Positions 43,688 through 53,567 of a DNA stretch of 64,000 nucleotides are shown here, piece by piece; positions within the stretch are counted from its first letter, which is position 1, and every line of letters starts with the position of its first letter. A model generated the notes under the pieces. That model made no database searches. It saw only the letters and a list, made by a program, of their open reading frames with translations, and was not told the DNA's origin. Both the position numbers and the translations under genes were made by a program. Source of the stretch: Thermoanaerobacter sp. (lineage in GTDB: Bacteria; Bacillota; Thermoanaerobacteria; Thermoanaerobacterales; Thermoanaerobacteraceae); NCBI GenBank assembly GCA_014896455.1, contig JADBKJ010000006.1, forward strand, positions 114,793 through 178,792, read 5' to 3'.

Positions 43688-44578
43688 TTAAAACGTAAAA
43701 ATATGATTAATAAGGTCTATCTCTTCTGAGCGAAAGACTTTATCTCTATGGTATATCAAATTTACATCTATTGAGGTATTAACATCTTTTAATTTATAAG
43801 AAAGCAAATTATTATGGTATGAGCTACATTGAAATATTAAACGAGGGAAAAACGTAATGCCGACATTGTCATCCACAGCTTTCAATAAAGCGTTGATATC
43901 CGGGATTTCAAAATTTAAATTAGATAAAAGGCGGTGCCGAGCCAAGTATTTGTCCATTAGAGCTCTGGTACCGCTGCCTTTTTCTTGTAAGAGCAGGACT
44001 TCATTTTTTAAATCTTTTAAAGAGATTTCTTTATTAGCTGTTAAAACATGATTTTTTGAAGATAACAAAATGACTTCATCAGTGTAAATCTTGTCTTTAG
44101 CTAAAAGGGAATAATTCAGGTTGCCTAAAATTATGCCAAAATTTAAATTCAACTCTGCAACCATTTTTTGTATTTCATTAGTTGGTCTTATCACTATTTT
44201 AGAATCTATATTCTTGTAATTATTGCTAATATGTAACAAAATTTTGGAAATATATTTTAAGGATACAGAGGGAGACAGACCAATAGTTAGTTTTAGAGGA
44301 GCAAATTGATGGGACTGAGCTACTAATTCTTTTAACTTACTTGCGCTCATTAAAATACTTTGAGCGTGTATATATAGTATTTCTCCAGTTTCGGTTAAGG
44401 ATATTTCTTTTGAAGTTCTGTAAAAAAGTTTAGTTCCCAGTTGTTTTTCAAGAGATTTTATTTGCTGGCTTACAGCAGGTTGTGATAAGAAAAGTTCTTC
44501 GGCTGCCTTGCTAAAGCTCTTATTCCTTGCAACAGATTCAAAGACTTTTAAAGCATATAAGTCAATAAGTTCATCCAT
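43688..44578 (-). CDS. LysR-family regulator (CysL/CmpR-like)
   Basis: LKVFESVARNKSFSKAAEELFLSQPAVSQQIKSLEKQLGTKLFYR, LLLQEKGSGTR; AGGAG RBS favours ATG 44578. Confidence 0.93.
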   Translation of the reverse strand: MDELIDLYALKVFESVARNKSFSKAAEELFLSQPAVSQQIKSLEKQLGTKLFYRTSKEISLTETGEILYIHAQSILMSASKLKELVAQSHQFAPLKLTIGLSPSVSLKYISKILLHISNNYKNIDSKIVIRPTNEIQKMVAELNLNFGIILGNLNYSLLAKDKIYTDEVILLSSKNHVLTANKEISLKDLKNEVLLLQEKGSGTRALMDKYLARHRLLSNLNFEIPDINALLKAVDDNVGITFFPRLIFQCSSYHNNLLSYKLKDVNTSIDVNLIYHRDKVFRSEEIDLINHIFTF

Positions 44579-44620
44579 AAGATCAACTCCTATTAAGAGG
44601 TTGGGCAAAGTGTGTAAACA

Positions 44621-44649
44621 TTGACATTTGCAAATATGTGGTATATACT
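44621..44649 (+). promoter_or_regulatory. sigma-A promoter for the second YeeE gene, divergent from LysR
   Basis: TTGACA-17bp-TATACT. Confidence 0.75.
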
Positions 44650-44725
44650 GTTGTAAAAGTTTAATATTACAGTACTAATTATAAAGGAATTGCAATAAAA
44701 AATCAAAAACAAAATGAGGTGTTAG

Positions 44726-46120
44726 ATGAATATGCAGCGCTGGCTTAAATATCAATGGCCTTTTTGGACCTCAGGTTTTTTAATTGGTTTAGCCGAAATT
44801 TTATATTATATAAAAAATAAAACTTTTATAACATTTACTACAAGCATGGCGCAAATGTCTGCTGTTGCTGAAAAAAAGTTGTTAAAAACTTCTATCTTTG
44901 AAAAAGTGTTTGTTCCTGATATAAACTGGGTTTTGATTGGTGTAATCATAGGTGCGTCTCTTGTGGCTCTTATGGAGAAGGAATTTAGATTTTGGGTTAA
45001 ATATAACGTAAAAGCTCTGGTACTTTCTTTTGTCGGAGCTTTTATATTTAGCTTTGGAACAAGGATTGGCGGAGGATGTACTACACATCATCTTTTAGGT
45101 GGAATAGCATCAATGAATATTTCTAGTTGGGTTGTGGCGATAATTATGCAAATTTCATCTTTTTTGGGATTGTTTATATACATTAAATTGGGTCTAGGAA
45201 ATTATTTTAAGCCACAAGAAACTAAATGGTATGCAAGGCAAGAATATACCTTAGGCTTGATTGACACTTCCAAAATCGATGAAAAGGATGAGGATTTTTA
45301 TATAAAAATAATAAAACTTTTATTGTATCTTTTTACTATTTTATTTTTCGTTATAATAATATTATCCGGAATATTTGATAATTTACCCCATAGTCTTAGT
45401 AATATTGGAATTTTTAACGTAATATTTTTGTTGATGGTTGGAACAATTGCCGGTGTCGGGATTGCTAAGACAGGTTTTGGGAATGTATGCGGGATTTTAA
45501 CTCCTAATATTCATTTGATTTTTCAGGATGGTCCCAAAAAAGAAATATCCAAAAGGATTAATTATTTAACTAGAGTGATGTTTATGGGAATGTTTCCTTT
45601 TATTTCTATTATGATTTCTGTTATAATGCTTAACATAGCGATTTTAATAGGATGGATTGTGTATAAAATACCTCTTCCAGCCTCTTCTGAAGCTCAAGAT
45701 TTTCTTTCATATGGGCATTTTTTGGGCGGATTTTTGATGGGCATGGGAAGCATATTTATGTTAGGTTGTGAAATAAGAAATTATGCCAGGTTAGGTATGG
45801 GGTATTTAACCGCATTTGCAGCTATACCAGGTTTTATTCTAGGGTATCTTCCATATGTTATTTTCAAAAAACCTATTGATGACTGGGCTTTTTCTCACCA
45901 TTTACTGACGATTACTTCTTTACCGCAAATAGCGCATAATTTTTTGGGGCAAATTTTAATTTCAATATCTTATTTACTATTTCTTGTAGGATTGCTTTTT
46001 ATCTTCATTATTGTAAGTAAGAAGTCAATAGGATTATATTTTTACGATATATGCACAGAGCCAATTGAAAAAATATTTTTAAAAAATATCTTAAGAGGAA
46101 AGATTAATGTTTATAAATGA
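44726..46120 (+). CDS. Second YeeE/YedE transporter paralogue, same swapped order
   Basis: RIGGGCTTHHLLGG, AKTGFGNVC, FMLGCEIR. Confidence 0.85.
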   Translation: MNMQRWLKYQWPFWTSGFLIGLAEILYYIKNKTFITFTTSMAQMSAVAEKKLLKTSIFEKVFVPDINWVLIGVIIGASLVALMEKEFRFWVKYNVKALVLSFVGAFIFSFGTRIGGGCTTHHLLGGIASMNISSWVVAIIMQISSFLGLFIYIKLGLGNYFKPQETKWYARQEYTLGLIDTSKIDEKDEDFYIKIIKLLLYLFTILFFVIIILSGIFDNLPHSLSNIGIFNVIFLLMVGTIAGVGIAKTGFGNVCGILTPNIHLIFQDGPKKEISKRINYLTRVMFMGMFPFISIMISVIMLNIAILIGWIVYKIPLPASSEAQDFLSYGHFLGGFLMGMGSIFMLGCEIRNYARLGMGYLTAFAAIPGFILGYLPYVIFKKPIDDWAFSHHLLTITSLPQIAHNFLGQILISISYLLFLVGLLFIFIIVSKKSIGLYFYDICTEPIEKIFLKNILRGKINVYK

Positions 46121-46336
46121 TTTTATAAATAGAACTATTTAAACATAAATTGGGTAAAAACATCTATAAACATTTTTGAAAAAGCAGAAGATGAGTTAAA
46201 AGTTTGTAATGAATAAAGGGAATCTAAATGCGTATTACATCACGCAATAAGCTGATGGAAATTGATGAGTCGGTTTATTTTGCTTCAAGACTTACCGATA
46301 TTTTTATAGAGAATATTTTAAAAGAGGTGGTTTTGT

Positions 46337-47495
46337 ATGAATTACAAAAAAATATTAAAAATTTTTTTTGGTTTTTATAGTAGCTTTTTCCCTTGCAGCA
46401 CCAAGCTACCTGTATGTACCAGGCAGTTATAAAAACACTGTGTCTGAGTCTAAACTCATTCAGGACGCCTATGCAGCAAGCAGTGTAGAAAATGTTAAGC
46501 CTTCAGTGGAGCCTGTGAGAGTAGCAAGGCTCTGGATAGGTAAACAGTACTTTGTAAGAAATGCTGAAAAGATAGCGACTGATACAGCACCATATGTAGA
46601 CAAAAACGGACGTACGCTTGTACCTTTGAGATTTGTAGCTTATGCACTTGGCTTAGGTGAAGAAAATGTCATATGGGATCAAGAAAACCAAACAGTAACA
46701 ATAAAAGCAAATATAACTTTCCCTAAGTTTTATACATTGCCACAGAAGACACTGAAGAGGACACTTGTATTTAAAATAGGCAGCCCAGAGTTTACAGTAG
46801 ATGGAGAGACAAAGACAATGGACACTGTACCTGTTTTAGTAAACGGCAGAACAATGCTCCCTGCAAGATTTGTTGCAGAAAATCTGGACTATGAAGTGTT
46901 CTGGAATGAAAAAAGGCTTGATGTAACCTTTGTGCCAAAAATAGATGTAAAATTACATGAATATATAGACTATTCAAAAAGTATGATGGGAGATATTTAT
47001 ATTGTACTTGAAGGAGATCCTCATTTTAACCCAATGGCGGGAGATATAAAAGAATATTCTACTTTTTTCCCTGATGACATGAAAGTTTTAAACAGCATAT
47101 TTGGAATACCTATAGATAATGCTGACGGTTATAATAATTTAAGATTTTTCTATAGTATTATTGATTCTCCCAAAAATCCTGATTATGGAATTTGGTATAC
47201 TATTGATATTTACCACGATTACCAGCCTGGTACACCTCAATACGACCGCTTCCCCAAAGTAACCCTTGACAACTTTGATTATTATGTAAAACCTCTAATG
47301 GCAATATATTTCCCTGATAATTATGAGGAAATAACCAAGAAAATAAAAAATATATTTATTAATTCAGTAGGTAAAATGCCTCAATTTGGTGTTTATGTTG
47401 TTTCGGATGTAAAACATCCTCCACATCTCAGTATTGATACTTTATATGCAGGAGGAGAGGCTGACCCAATTACAATAAATCTAAAAATCCAATAA
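46337..47495 (+). CDS. Secreted copper-amine-oxidase-N (stalk) domain protein; one extra base in the A7/T8 tract of its signal peptide
   Basis: APYVDKNGRTLVPLRFVAYALG..VIWD and MDTVPVLVNGRTMLPARFVAENLDYEVFW; RBS AAAGAGGTGG precedes ATG 46337, which is 1 nt out of frame with the 46368 ORF. Confidence 0.8.
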
Positions 47496-47550
47496 AAACT
47501 ATTTACTGCTCCCAAATGGGGGCTTTATTTTTTTAGGAGGTGATACATTT

Positions 47551-50500
47551 GTGCTAAAAAAACTTTTTCTTTTTTCTATGGTTTTAATTCTTTTTGTTTT
47601 TGCTTTTTCTATAACAGCTTATGCACTAACGCCAGTTGATATAGTGAGAGACCCAAATATACTGAAACAACCGGAATTTACAAACCTGCCCTACCCTGAA
47701 AAAATCAATCTTTTAAGCCTCCTTCTTGAAAAAATGGATATTAAAAAATCAGTACAGCTGCCTAACGGTCCTACTGTATACCTTGACCTTGACCTTTTAA
47801 TAAACTACGGAGGAGTAGTGTACACAGTAAAAGACTACAATACAGGGGAAAAATATTCTCCTCAAGAAATAGGAGACCTCATTAACAAGTACTCTCCTGT
47901 GTATGTAAGCGCTCCACAAGAATCCAAAAAAGATGCTAATGGAAATATTCAGTGGAGATACCTTGGGTTTACAATGGAAGGAGTACCGTATACAAATATT
48001 GAGTTTCCTGATGACGCAGTATGGGATTTAACTCCAAAACACTACATTCAAACACCGTGGAATGCAGACCGGCTGCCTCCAGACATAAGACAGGTTACAG
48101 GTGGCAAACCCCTTACAATGTTTCCAAGTGATACTACATTAAACACTATTAAATTGGGACCAAAAGGTGACACAGAAGTCTTCAAAGAAGGGTTGTGGCA
48201 GCAGATAGTTGATAAATTAATAGCTTCTGGCCAGCTAAGGCCTGGTTTCGATGCAAAGACAGGAAAACCTATAAGCATAGAAGACCTTCTTAATATAAAT
48301 GCTGCAACAAGTAGGAAAGATGGCTACTGGTACGTTCAGGCACCAGTTTTTTGGCTCAACAACTGGCTTGAAAGAGTGCCTGTACTTTTAAGGATATGGC
48401 ATGATAAAGGAGGCTATCCTTGGTATAAAACATTCAAGGTAGAAATTCAAGGTTATCCAGACTATGTTGTTCGTGGGATACAAAAAGACATAAACACACC
48501 AGACCCCCCTACAGCAGTTTTAAAAGAAGATGGTTGGTATGATATAAATGGTACGGTGATATTTAAACAAAATAATCTAGGATTTTATATAGCTCAGGAT
48601 GTGCCATGGGATATAGATATAAAATACTATTCACCTTATACAAACTCTTATGCACATCCAAAAGAAATGGTTGTTTATAACCTCCCGCCTGATAACAGAA
48701 CAGTAGGTGGACCTTATAGTAGCATGAAAATATATCTTTCTAGCCGGGGATATACAAATCTTGCTTACAACGGGCTAGAAGACTATTTTTTGACTGAAGG
48801 GCAGTCAAATTTAATGATTTACTACTTCAATGCAAAAGTATCCATATCCCCTCCACCCAGCAAAGACTACACAATGGTTGTAATAACTGCAAAAATAAAC
48901 GGTGGATTTGACGGCCCACATATGTATCAGGAAAGCCTAAACCCGTATTACTACTACGGGGAACCCGGAACAGCTCAATTTGAAAAATGGCAAGCGAAGT
49001 ATCAGGGTATTCCTCTTGACCCATACAGAACGCCAGGCCATCAGAATGAATTTGTAGCAAAAATACCTCTTGTAAATATTCCAATTACTAAATCTGTTGA
49101 CAAATCCACAATAACAGTAGGTGACGAGGCAACATTTACAGTAAAAATAGAAAACAAAGGTGAACGCCCTGTAGAAATGCCTCTAACAATAATTGATAAA
49201 ATCCCTCAGGGCTTAGAAGTAGTAAATTACACTGCAACCGAAGGCACATATGACCCATCTACAGGCATATGGAAAATTGACAGACTTAATCCCAAAGAGA
49301 TAGCAGAACTCCATATTACTGTAAAAGGTGTGCTGGCAGGAACTTTTATCAACACAGCAAAATTAGTAGAGTTTGATTCAGAAGCAACAGCTCAAATAAA
49401 AGTATTTTCAAAAGACATAAAAATACAAAAGACAATAGACAAACCCACAATAAAGGTAGGAGAAACAGCAACTTTTACAGTTAAGATAGACAACATTTGG
49501 GATACAGATGCCAAAGACGTAAAAGTACAGGACAAAATCCCTGCAGGACTTGAAATAGTGAGTGTAAGTGCTTCACAGGGAAGCTATGACCCTGCAGCAG
49601 GAATCTGGAATGTAGGCTTGATGCCTGCTAAAAGCTCTGCCACACTTAACATAACAGTCAAAGGAACAAAGCCTGGAGATTATCTGAATATTGCTACAGT
49701 GGACGAAAATTCAGATTCAGCAGTGCTCACCGTAACAGACGGGTCAGAAGACATAGAGCTTACAAAAACAGTCGATAGAACATTTATCAATCTTGATGAC
49801 TCCAAAGATCCCAAAACAGCAACCTTTACAGTAACAATTGAAAACAAGGGCAAAAACCCGGTAAATAACATCGTAGTAAAAGATAATCCATACATGAAAG
49901 GGTTACAAGTACTATCAATATCTGTATCTAAAGGTTCATATAACTCTCAGACAGCAGAATGGACAGTAGGTACGCTTGCTCCTGGCGAAAAAGCGGTTAT
50001 GACAATCGGAGTAAAAGTTATAGAAAAAGGAGTGTATGTGAACACAGCAGAATACAAAGACAAACGAGCATCTGCAACAATATCAGCTGAGTCTGAAGAT
50101 GTAAATGGTAATCTCACTGCTGTCAGGATATACACACTTAACCAGCAGGGAGAAGATGTAAATAATGTTGAATCTCCGCAGCTTTTAAGTGTAAAAGCAG
50201 ATTTTGCATCACTTTTCAGTCAGCCCGGCTACGTAACAGTAAGGCTTTATAAAAACAGCAGCCTTTTGGTAGAAAAAACAAAATTAATAGCTCCTTTTGA
50301 AACATGGCAGGAGGATTTCGGAAAGCAAGCAGTAACAGGAGCTACAACATTTACTGTTACAATAAACTACAGAAGTCCTTATTTTGCAGATGATAATGAC
50401 GGCAAACTTTACGGAGAGCCTTATAAACTCGCTCAAAACGGCAAAGAGATAATGGAAAACCAATACTGGGATAATGTTTTGAGCAAAAACTTAGCTGGCC

Positions 50501-52374
50501 CTCACAGCGATGTTTCTTCATGGGTAGATTTCACTTTTACAGGATTTAATTACAACTCCAAAACAAAAATCTGGGAAGCAAAAGTAGGAGATGGTATAGG
50601 AACAAGAAATCTCACACAAAACAACTGGTGGATATACGATTATTACGATTATGCAGATTTATATCTTACTGAAGCAAGATACCCAGAGCCTACAACAGTG
50701 AGAGTTCCTCCATATAAGCGAGTAATACCCGGGCCAATGGAGAAAGCAAAGTACAAAGACAATTATGAATGGTGGCTGCCAGACCCATACGGCAAAGGTC
50801 CTTACAATCAGGAAACAATATCCTTTGCTACGATCCCTTTAACAACAGCCTATGGAAGCAGTTTTACTGGCAAAAAGATAACAACAGACACATACCAATG
50901 GAATGTAGTAACTAGATACCATTATGACACGTGGTGGGAAGACCACGGCGAATGGGACAAGAGATGGTATCCAGTGCCTATATATGATGATCGGGGGAAT
51001 GTAATAGGTTGGGATGTGGTTTATTATGAAGTGTGGGTTCCTAACTGGAAAATAGTAGGTAGAGATCATTACTATCAGGTATTTGGTCCTGAAGGCCCAT
51101 ACACTCATGTGAAGCAGGATCACTATCCACAGTACGGACAAATAATTCCTTCTGCATACGCAGCTAAAAGATATTCGGATGACCACTGGGCAATGGAAAG
51201 CTTCCCATTTTACGATATGTATGTTCTATTAACTGACTGGGATTACTACATTAATGAATTCCCTGGTGGAGATGTGCCTATGGTATGGGCATATATCCCA
51301 CAGCATTTTGGAAGCGCATATCATCCATTAAGAGTTTATTATAATAATGCCCCTGTAGCTTACTTTAACATTATCGGGGATATCTCTAAAACAAACGAAA
51401 GAGTAAAGATACAGAACTTAAGTTATGATCCGGACTACGATCCTGTAATAACAACTAAATGGGAAATTGACGGCAAAATCTTTTATGATATTCAGTCCCT
51501 TGAAGACTATATAAACGGGCCAATGAAGGACATACCAGGATATCATATTTTAAAACTAATAGTAGTAGACGACCCCACATCAAGGTACTACAGGTTAGAG
51601 CCACGAGAAAGTGTTCCTTATATGAAGACTATATATGTACATCCCAAAAATACTTCACTTCCTGTATCATACAAAGCACAGATAGACTTTGACAGAGACG
51701 TTGTATATACAATGTGGCATCCATCCGAAGCTTCAATTGCAATAGACCCAGAAAGACATTCATATTTAAAAATACACGTAGAAGTAAGAGATATTGGATA
51801 CTGGACATACGAATATGGAGTCAACAAAGAGAAAATTTTAAGGTTTGTTCCATTGAAAGTACTGGACGTTCCAAAACCAGAGACTTTCATAGTCCGCTAC
51901 AGAAATGCTGGAACACAAATTATAAAACCGGTCAAATTTGAAAATCTAGTAATAAACAATAACAGCTTCAGTTATGATGCATACTTTGAATATCCAAAAG
52001 CAGGTAAAATAGATTTAAACGAAGAAACAGACTTACTGAATCCACTTAACATGAATACTTCTCAGGATTCAAAACTAATAATACCATTTGTAGTGGAACA
52101 CTTTGGAGAAGTGAGGACACTTATTAAAGACCACGTTGCAGTAAATGCCTTCAATCCAACATTTGCAGACCCGCCAGGGCCTGATAGAACGGTATTTTTC
52201 AGAATCTATGGGCTTGGTGAAAAAATCACAGATAACTATGTCTTAAAAGATGGAGTTCTTACAAGAGGTACTCCTGATCCGATGATGTACCCGCCGCAGA
52301 AGATAGGTAAGTTTAAAGAACCTCTTGACAACAAGCTTCAGTGGATATTGATAAGAAATGTGTTTCCATATTAA
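47551..52374 (+). CDS. 1607-aa secreted modular surface protein: Athe_2463-like N-domain, three DUF11 repeats, CARDB-like and PKD-like domains
   Basis: Signal peptide; WRYLGFTMEGVPYTNIEFPDD; three repeats (I/L)xKxVD(K/R)...ATFTVxI(E/D)N...YD...G.W.(I/V) at ~49084-50090; NNAPVAYF..SYDPDYD..KW; no LPXTG or SLH seen. Confidence 0.8.
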   Translation: MLKKLFLFSMVLILFVFAFSITAYALTPVDIVRDPNILKQPEFTNLPYPEKINLLSLLLEKMDIKKSVQLPNGPTVYLDLDLLINYGGVVYTVKDYNTGEKYSPQEIGDLINKYSPVYVSAPQESKKDANGNIQWRYLGFTMEGVPYTNIEFPDDAVWDLTPKHYIQTPWNADRLPPDIRQVTGGKPLTMFPSDTTLNTIKLGPKGDTEVFKEGLWQQIVDKLIASGQLRPGFDAKTGKPISIEDLLNINAATSRKDGYWYVQAPVFWLNNWLERVPVLLRIWHDKGGYPWYKTFKVEIQGYPDYVVRGIQKDINTPDPPTAVLKEDGWYDINGTVIFKQNNLGFYIAQDVPWDIDIKYYSPYTNSYAHPKEMVVYNLPPDNRTVGGPYSSMKIYLSSRGYTNLAYNGLEDYFLTEGQSNLMIYYFNAKVSISPPPSKDYTMVVITAKINGGFDGPHMYQESLNPYYYYGEPGTAQFEKWQAKYQGIPLDPYRTPGHQNEFVAKIPLVNIPITKSVDKSTITVGDEATFTVKIENKGERPVEMPLTIIDKIPQGLEVVNYTATEGTYDPSTGIWKIDRLNPKEIAELHITVKGVLAGTFINTAKLVEFDSEATAQIKVFSKDIKIQKTIDKPTIKVGETATFTVKIDNIWDTDAKDVKVQDKIPAGLEIVSVSASQGSYDPAAGIWNVGLMPAKSSATLNITVKGTKPGDYLNIATVDENSDSAVLTVTDGSEDIELTKTVDRTFINLDDSKDPKTATFTVTIENKGKNPVNNIVVKDNPYMKGLQVLSISVSKGSYNSQTAEWTVGTLAPGEKAVMTIGVKVIEKGVYVNTAEYKDKRASATISAESEDVNGNLTAVRIYTLNQQGEDVNNVESPQLLSVKADFASLFSQPGYVTVRLYKNSSLLVEKTKLIAPFETWQEDFGKQAVTGATTFTVTINYRSPYFADDNDGKLYGEPYKLAQNGKEIMENQYWDNVLSKNLAGPHSDVSSWVDFTFTGFNYNSKTKIWEAKVGDGIGTRNLTQNNWWIYDYYDYADLYLTEARYPEPTTVRVPPYKRVIPGPMEKAKYKDNYEWWLPDPYGKGPYNQETISFATIPLTTAYGSSFTGKKITTDTYQWNVVTRYHYDTWWEDHGEWDKRWYPVPIYDDRGNVIGWDVVYYEVWVPNWKIVGRDHYYQVFGPEGPYTHVKQDHYPQYGQIIPSAYAAKRYSDDHWAMESFPFYDMYVLLTDWDYYINEFPGGDVPMVWAYIPQHFGSAYHPLRVYYNNAPVAYFNIIGDISKTNERVKIQNLSYDPDYDPVITTKWEIDGKIFYDIQSLEDYINGPMKDIPGYHILKLIVVDDPTSRYYRLEPRESVPYMKTIYVHPKNTSLPVSYKAQIDFDRDVVYTMWHPSEASIAIDPERHSYLKIHVEVRDIGYWTYEYGVNKEKILRFVPLKVLDVPKPETFIVRYRNAGTQIIKPVKFENLVINNNSFSYDAYFEYPKAGKIDLNEETDLLNPLNMNTSQDSKLIIPFVVEHFGEVRTLIKDHVAVNAFNPTFADPPGPDRTVFFRIYGLGEKITDNYVLKDGVLTRGTPDPMMYPPQKIGKFKEPLDNKLQWILIRNVFPY

Positions 52375-52402
52375 GGTACTGCCTTCTGGCAGTGCCTTTT
52401 TT
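52373..52402 (+). terminator. Terminator after the large surface protein
   Basis: AAGGTACTGCC-ttct-GGCAGTGCCTT plus T run. Confidence 0.8.
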
Positions 52403-52434
52403 GTTTTTAAAAAGCATTATTAGGGGGTGAAAAG

Positions 52435-52968
52435 TTGACGAAAAATAATTATGATTCGCCCGATAAAGTGCTTTTAAAAAAATTTAAGGATGAAGTCGTC
52501 AGAGACATTTTTGGTTTTAAAAACGCTAAAGAAGTTGAAGTTATAGATTCAAACCTTCAGGTTTTAGGTGAATTGCGAGCTGATACTGTATTTTTAATAA
52601 AAAGTGTAGGCTCAAAAGAGGTTATTCTCCATGTAGAAGTACAAACATCAGATGATGAAGACATGCCAAAGAGGATGCATGATTACAGGTACTTTTTAAA
52701 ATACAACTATCCAGACAAAGAAATTTGTCAGGCAGTTATTTATCTTGGTTCTAAAGAACCGAAGATGAAAGATATATATGAAGAAAAGAGGATAGTTTAT
52801 ATTCCATCACTTAATATAAAATTTGAGTCATCAACTGCGACGAAATTTGGTATAATAGACATAGGGGCAAGAACAATCAAAGAGATTCTCCAGAGCAGAA
52901 ACCATTTTTTGCTTCACTTTTTATAAAACAACAACTGCTGGAGGGGAAATACAAACTACAACCAGTTC
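52435..52968 (+). pseudogene. Rpn-like PD-(D/E)XK nuclease/putative transposase, 3'-truncated
   Basis: LRADTVFL..VILHVEVQTSDDEDMPKRMHDY..QAVIYLG; frameshift near 52905, then cut by the REP-like palindrome. Confidence 0.7.
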
Positions 52969-53033
52969 CAAACAGAGGGGACGGTTCCTTCTGTTTGATT
53001 TTTTCAGATAAAAGGAACCGTCCCCCTTGTTTG
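52969..53033. repeat. 65-bp REP-like palindrome, copy 1
   Basis: CAAACAGAGGGGACGGTTCCTT...AAGGAACCGTCCCCCTTGTTTG; 64/65 identical to 57345-57409. Confidence 0.92.
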
Positions 53034-53072
53034 TTATGAAGTAAGAAAGTAAAAAGTAAATTGTTGTGTTAA

Positions 53073-53114
53073 TAGCGATGCATCTGGAACTTTTAAGTTT
53101 TAGATGCATCGCTA
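53073..53114. terminator. 13-bp perfect hairpin, terminator-like
   Basis: TAGCGATGCATCT / AGATGCATCGCTA followed by CTTTT. Confidence 0.55.
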
Positions 53115-53159
53115 CTTTTAAAAATTATAAGTGAAAGGATGGATATATTCTTGAGCAGA

Positions 53160-53340
53160 AGGAAGAGCGTTAATCAAAAAAGCAGAAGTACTACTAATAG
53201 ATGAAGCTACGGCGGCTTTTTGAATACACGGCTTAATTTATATTGGACAAAGGAATTAACAGAAAAGCAAAAAATAGAAGACTTTGAATACATGTATACT
53301 TAAAAAGTATGATGAAATATTTGTGATGAGAGATGGAGAA
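53160..53340 (+). pseudogene. ABC ATPase remnants
   Basis: RALIKKAEVLLIDEATAA (Walker B) and LKKYDEIFVMRDGE separated by disrupted sequence. Confidence 0.65.
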
Positions 53341-53567
53341 TTTTGTGATTATAATATTTATAATCGGGAAAAGGAATACACAAGAAATCAAAATGAAAAA
53401 CATATATTGTAACTTACAGTTGCAAAATTAAAATTTTTCAATGGCTATATATGAAAAAAGAAGAAAAAGAAAGAAAAATATAGATAACTTCGCTAAAACG
53501 AAATATTGGGAGGGCTCTTCAAAGATTTTGCCGTTTTACTGGAAGAGGTAAGAATGTTAGGATAAAA

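Noticed and set aside
42094-46120. Selenocysteine in the YeeE proteins
   Set aside because: Both frames are uninterrupted, the motif residues are ordinary Cys, and they end in TAG and TAA.
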